Assembly (NCBI GenBank): GCA_012455605.1
Contig: GCA_012455605.1_3618.2
From: a phage
Direction: 5' to 3' (one strand)
Length of the DNA: 46,310 nt
Within the stretch, counting starts at the first letter, position 1, and each line of letters opens with the position of its first letter. This document shows, in pieces, positions 43,328 to 46,310 of this stretch. The notes beneath the pieces were generated by a model. The model made no database searches and was not told the origin of the DNA. It saw nothing but the letters and a program-made list of their open reading frames with translations. The translations under genes were made by a program, and so were the position numbers.

Positions 43328-44533
43328 ATGATTTTCATCTACGAACATTTCAAAACCCGTAAAGAAGCACGAGACCGCCGTGCAGAACTTGAGAAGAAGG
43401 GTTTCACATGTGCCATTGAGAAAGGCGACACAACCTGGACACTGGCAGTGGGTGCCCCAGAGTTGTTCGATCCTGACCGTGACAGCGTCTGCTACACCCG
43501 TGAGGATTTTGAAACCCGCGAAGAGGCCCGTTTATTCCGCTATGGATTGGAAGATAATGGTAAGTACGCCATGATCTTAGACTTAGGCGAAGGTTCCGTT
43601 AAACGTTGGGGCGTGGTATACCCACTGTGTGTTGTTCACGGTGTGGGGTTCACTGGGGTGGCAATCAAGTCAGAAGAACCTTTAGTAGAAGTCAAAGATC
43701 CGGTGCTGGAGGTGGTTAGCAGTGTGTCTCAGCAACAAACTCGAAGCATCGAGCCTTTGGTAGTTATTTGTGGGGAACTCCTCCAGATCACCTGCAACGA
43801 AGGCATTTTTGAAATTCGCCGCAGCGAAAGTGAGGAAGTTTACCAGAAAGTCTTCGACCATATCTCTGTTCAGGAATATGACGAGGCAATTGGTGAAATC
43901 CTTGTCTGGCTGGAACGCAAGAATGAGTTCACCACACTTGCAGACAACCTGATCATGAAAGATGGTAAGCTCTACTACTACGGTGTAGAGATGCGATCCA
44001 CCATTGCAAAGAAAATTGAGAAAGATTATGCAGACGGAACGCTGGATGACCGCTATGTGAAATTCCTCGTTCGCCTGCTACGCAATCCTTCTGCAAAATC
44101 TGTAAACATGCTCTACGATTTTATGCAGGCCAATGATATTCAGATTGCAGAAGATGGTCGAATCATTTGCTACAAAGGGGTTCAGTTTAACGGCAGCAAG
44201 TGGGTAGATTGGCACAGTGGTAAAGTCCCACAATACCAAGGTGCTTTTGTATCCATGCCTCGTAACTTTGTAGAGGATGATCCTGAAGCTGCGTGCTCCT
44301 ATGGCTTACACTGCGCCAGCAAAGAGTATGCAAAGAGCTACGGCACTGTAATGACTGTCATGGTTGACCCTGCAGATGTAGTTAGTGTGCCATACCAACA
44401 CAATAGCGCTAAGTGCCGTGCATGCCGCTATGAGATTGTGGTAGCTCCGGAAGCACGCAAAGATGGAGACCCTATTGAATATGTAGTTGATCGTGACGGT
44501 AACACTATCGACATTCTTTACGAGGAGGCGTAA
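43328..44533 (+). CDS. Hypothetical protein with tandem N-terminal small domains and Cys/His-rich C-terminal domain
   Basis: N-terminal repeat HFKTRKEARDRRAELEKKGF / DFETREEARLFRYGLEDNGK; C-terminal SYGLHCASKEY...HNSAKCRACRYEIV. Stop overlaps start of helicase (TAATG). Confidence 0.5.
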   Translation: MIFIYEHFKTRKEARDRRAELEKKGFTCAIEKGDTTWTLAVGAPELFDPDRDSVCYTREDFETREEARLFRYGLEDNGKYAMILDLGEGSVKRWGVVYPLCVVHGVGFTGVAIKSEEPLVEVKDPVLEVVSSVSQQQTRSIEPLVVICGELLQITCNEGIFEIRRSESEEVYQKVFDHISVQEYDEAIGEILVWLERKNEFTTLADNLIMKDGKLYYYGVEMRSTIAKKIEKDYADGTLDDRYVKFLVRLLRNPSAKSVNMLYDFMQANDIQIAEDGRIICYKGVQFNGSKWVDWHSGKVPQYQGAFVSMPRNFVEDDPEAACSYGLHCASKEYAKSYGTVMTVMVDPADVVSVPYQHNSAKCRACRYEIVVAPEARKDGDPIEYVVDRDGNTIDILYEEA

Positions 44534-45903
44534 TGGAAAAAGGGCAGTATGATGTAGGCACAGATGCTGCCCTCGTTGCAATCATGAGCGGTGAGAATGT
44601 CTTCGTTTCAGGACCTGCAGGTTGTGGGAAGACGTATCTCATCAACATGATCCAGTCAATGTATGGAGACTCTTGCATAACGGTTGCCCCGACAGGGGTA
44701 GCCGCCTTAAACGTTAATGGAGCAACAGCACACCGAACCTTCGATCTTGCAGCAGGTGTGAGCATGGAGTCGGACTGGACTGCAATAAGGGCAAAAACAG
44801 CAAAGCCTTTGAAAAGTAAGGCATTTACCATCCTGATTATCGATGAAATCTCTATGATCCGTGCTGATAAGTTTATAGAGATGGATAGGAAACTCCGCTT
44901 CCTTCGAAAAAATGACAAACCTTTCGGAGGCATACAGGTCATATTGTTTGGCGACTTTTACCAGGCACCTCCTGTTGTCTCTTCTATGGAGAAGGAGGCC
45001 TACTTCAACTTCTACCATACGGACCTGTGTTGCTATACCGAATCTTGGAAAGAGCTTGACCTCCACAACATAGCCCTAGTAGATCAGTTCCGACAGGAGT
45101 CTATTCGATTTGCCACAATGCTCAACTGTGTTCGTGAGGGTCGTCGCATAAAAGAGGTTGTAGCAGAACTTAATGCTCGCTGTTACAAAGGCGGTGTACC
45201 AACAGATGCTCTCACAATTTGCGCCACTAACAAACAAGCAGAGGAAGTGAATAGAAGGTTCTATGATGCCATTAACGCCCCAGAGAAGGTATACACTGGG
45301 GAAATGAAAGGTAAGTTTCCCTCCACCCTGCCAGTTGAGCAGGAGATGAAGTTGAAAATTGGCATGAAGGTTATGATAACCGCCAACGATGTTGACCCGA
45401 CGCACAAAGTACCTTATTATGTTAACGGAACACGTGCCACGATTGTTAAATTTAAGAACAAGGCGGTGGTGGTGGAGCTTGAAGATGGAACACAGGTTGA
45501 CATAGAGCAAAGGTTGTGGGAGAATAACGAATATAAGCCATCTCAGAGATACAACATTGCAGAAAGGAAGATGGAGAAGTTTATAGAGAGGGTAGTGATC
45601 GGGTCATACAAGCAACTCCCTCTGAAATCTGGGTACGCTGTAACATCTCATAAAAGTCAAGGACTTACGTTAGATTGCTACAACCTAGACCTTGGAAAGA
45701 ACGGAGCTTTCTCTCCTGGAATGACGTATGTCGCTTTGAGTCGGGTTAAGACAATACAAGGAATAAACTTGTTGCGTCCACTAAGAGAAGTTGACATTAT
45801 TGTTGACCCGCGAGTCGTAGAGTTTTACAATACAACATTCCCTGACTTAGACAAAATTGTCAGGAAAGATTTTGAAACCAGAGCCGAAGAGGGGGACGTA
45901 TGA
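44533..45903 (+). CDS. SF1B DNA helicase, Dda/Pif1/RecD-like
   Basis: Walker A VSGPAGCGKTYL (44611-44634), motif Ia VAPTGVAALNV, Walker B ILIIDEISMI, C-terminal YAVTSHKSQGLTLD and TYVALSRVK; 456 aa, similar in size to T4 Dda. Confidence 0.8.
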   Translation: MEKGQYDVGTDAALVAIMSGENVFVSGPAGCGKTYLINMIQSMYGDSCITVAPTGVAALNVNGATAHRTFDLAAGVSMESDWTAIRAKTAKPLKSKAFTILIIDEISMIRADKFIEMDRKLRFLRKNDKPFGGIQVILFGDFYQAPPVVSSMEKEAYFNFYHTDLCCYTESWKELDLHNIALVDQFRQESIRFATMLNCVREGRRIKEVVAELNARCYKGGVPTDALTICATNKQAEEVNRRFYDAINAPEKVYTGEMKGKFPSTLPVEQEMKLKIGMKVMITANDVDPTHKVPYYVNGTRATIVKFKNKAVVVELEDGTQVDIEQRLWENNEYKPSQRYNIAERKMEKFIERVVIGSYKQLPLKSGYAVTSHKSQGLTLDCYNLDLGKNGAFSPGMTYVALSRVKTIQGINLLRPLREVDIIVDPRVVEFYNTTFPDLDKIVRKDFETRAEEGDV

Positions 45904-46241
45904 GTTTGTGGAGAAATATAGTTAACTACGTGTGTGGCAATCCAACTCCTGAAGGGAAGGATGTTGTGATTCACGATTTTACTAAAAGATCTCGTGAAAA
46001 AGATCTACTGCTAACAAAGGTGACTGATAAAGATCCTGTAGTAGGGGACTGGGCAGGTTTTGCGTTTACATCGGACAAATACACCTTTAACAAAGGTGAC
46101 TACCTTGTTGTGGATTTTAACGAAGACATTGAGGGTGCTGAACCTTACTATCAAACCCTTATTGTTGCAGGGTGTGTTAATCTCTCTGCAGGCATGCACA
46201 GTTTGATTCTTTTTGAGCTTGACTCTGAAGACCTTGAGTAG
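45900..46241 (+). CDS. Hypothetical protein
   Basis: 113 aa, ATGA overlap with helicase stop; followed by a GC hairpin. Confidence 0.5.
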   Translation: MSLWRNIVNYVCGNPTPEGKDVVIHDFTKRSREKDLLLTKVTDKDPVVGDWAGFAFTSDKYTFNKGDYLVVDFNEDIEGAEPYYQTLIVAGCVNLSAGMHSLILFELDSEDLE

Positions 46242-46258
46242 TAAGATGTGAGTATAAA

Positions 46259-46276
46259 GGGGAGGCACTCCTCCCC
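46259..46276 (+). other. GC-rich stem-loop after the last complete gene
   Basis: GGGGAGG-cact-CCTCCCC perfect 7-bp stem; no T-tract after it on the plus strand; followed by AAGGAG RBS and an ATG at 46303 of a gene truncated by the window end. Confidence 0.35.
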
Positions 46277-46310
46277 ACAAAAACTAAGGAGAGCACCAAA
46301 CGATGAGTAA

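Noticed and set aside
1-46310. CRISPR array, integrase/attachment site, tRNA genes
   Set aside because: No regularly spaced short direct repeats, no tyrosine/serine recombinase-like ORF, and the few intergenic gaps of tRNA length (e.g. 30954-31080) lack T-loop-like GTTCnAnnC motifs. A formal tRNAscan was not possible.
46303-46310. Start of another plus-strand gene (AAGGAG RBS then ATG at 46303)
   Set aside because: Only two to three codons fall inside the window, so it cannot be described as a feature.

Overview
The window reads as one contiguous piece of a tailed dsDNA phage (Caudoviricetes) genome with no obvious host genes. All calls are from reading the six-frame translations and the DNA by eye; no searches were run, so every family assignment is a motif-level inference. 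The ORF track uses ATG/GTG/TTG starts, so several starts were moved to the nearest ATG with a Shine-Dalgarno. Three blocks: (1) 2-29747, plus strand: late structural region with contractile-type baseplate genes (gpD-like C-terminal fragment cut by the window edge, gpV-like spike, gp25/W-like wedge, Baseplate-J-like, I-like), a lambda K/J-like tip module, and at least seven fibre/spike-like genes including a tail-fibre assembly chaperone. It is punctuated by intrinsic terminators with GC-rich UUCG-loop hairpins and sigma70-like extended -10 promoters. (2) 29797-36636, minus strand: accessory cassette of about 15 mostly small, translationally coupled genes, including a VWA + HExxH metallopeptidase-like protein, a HAD-type hydrolase, Zn-ribbon and Cys-rich proteins, and a tandem HNH-like protein. 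It is bounded by a bidirectional terminator and a divergent promoter region. (3) 36716-46241, plus strand: operon with small unknowns, a MoxR-like AAA+ ATPase, a signal-peptide SleB-type cell-wall hydrolase (candidate endolysin), a GHKL-fold ATPase, an unknown 401-aa protein and a Dda/Pif1-like helicase. The best candidates for an undescribed system are the GHKL ATPase-unknown-helicase operon and the split MoxR / VWA-metallopeptidase pair inside the accessory region. No CRISPR array, integrase, tRNA or reverse transcriptase was recognised.
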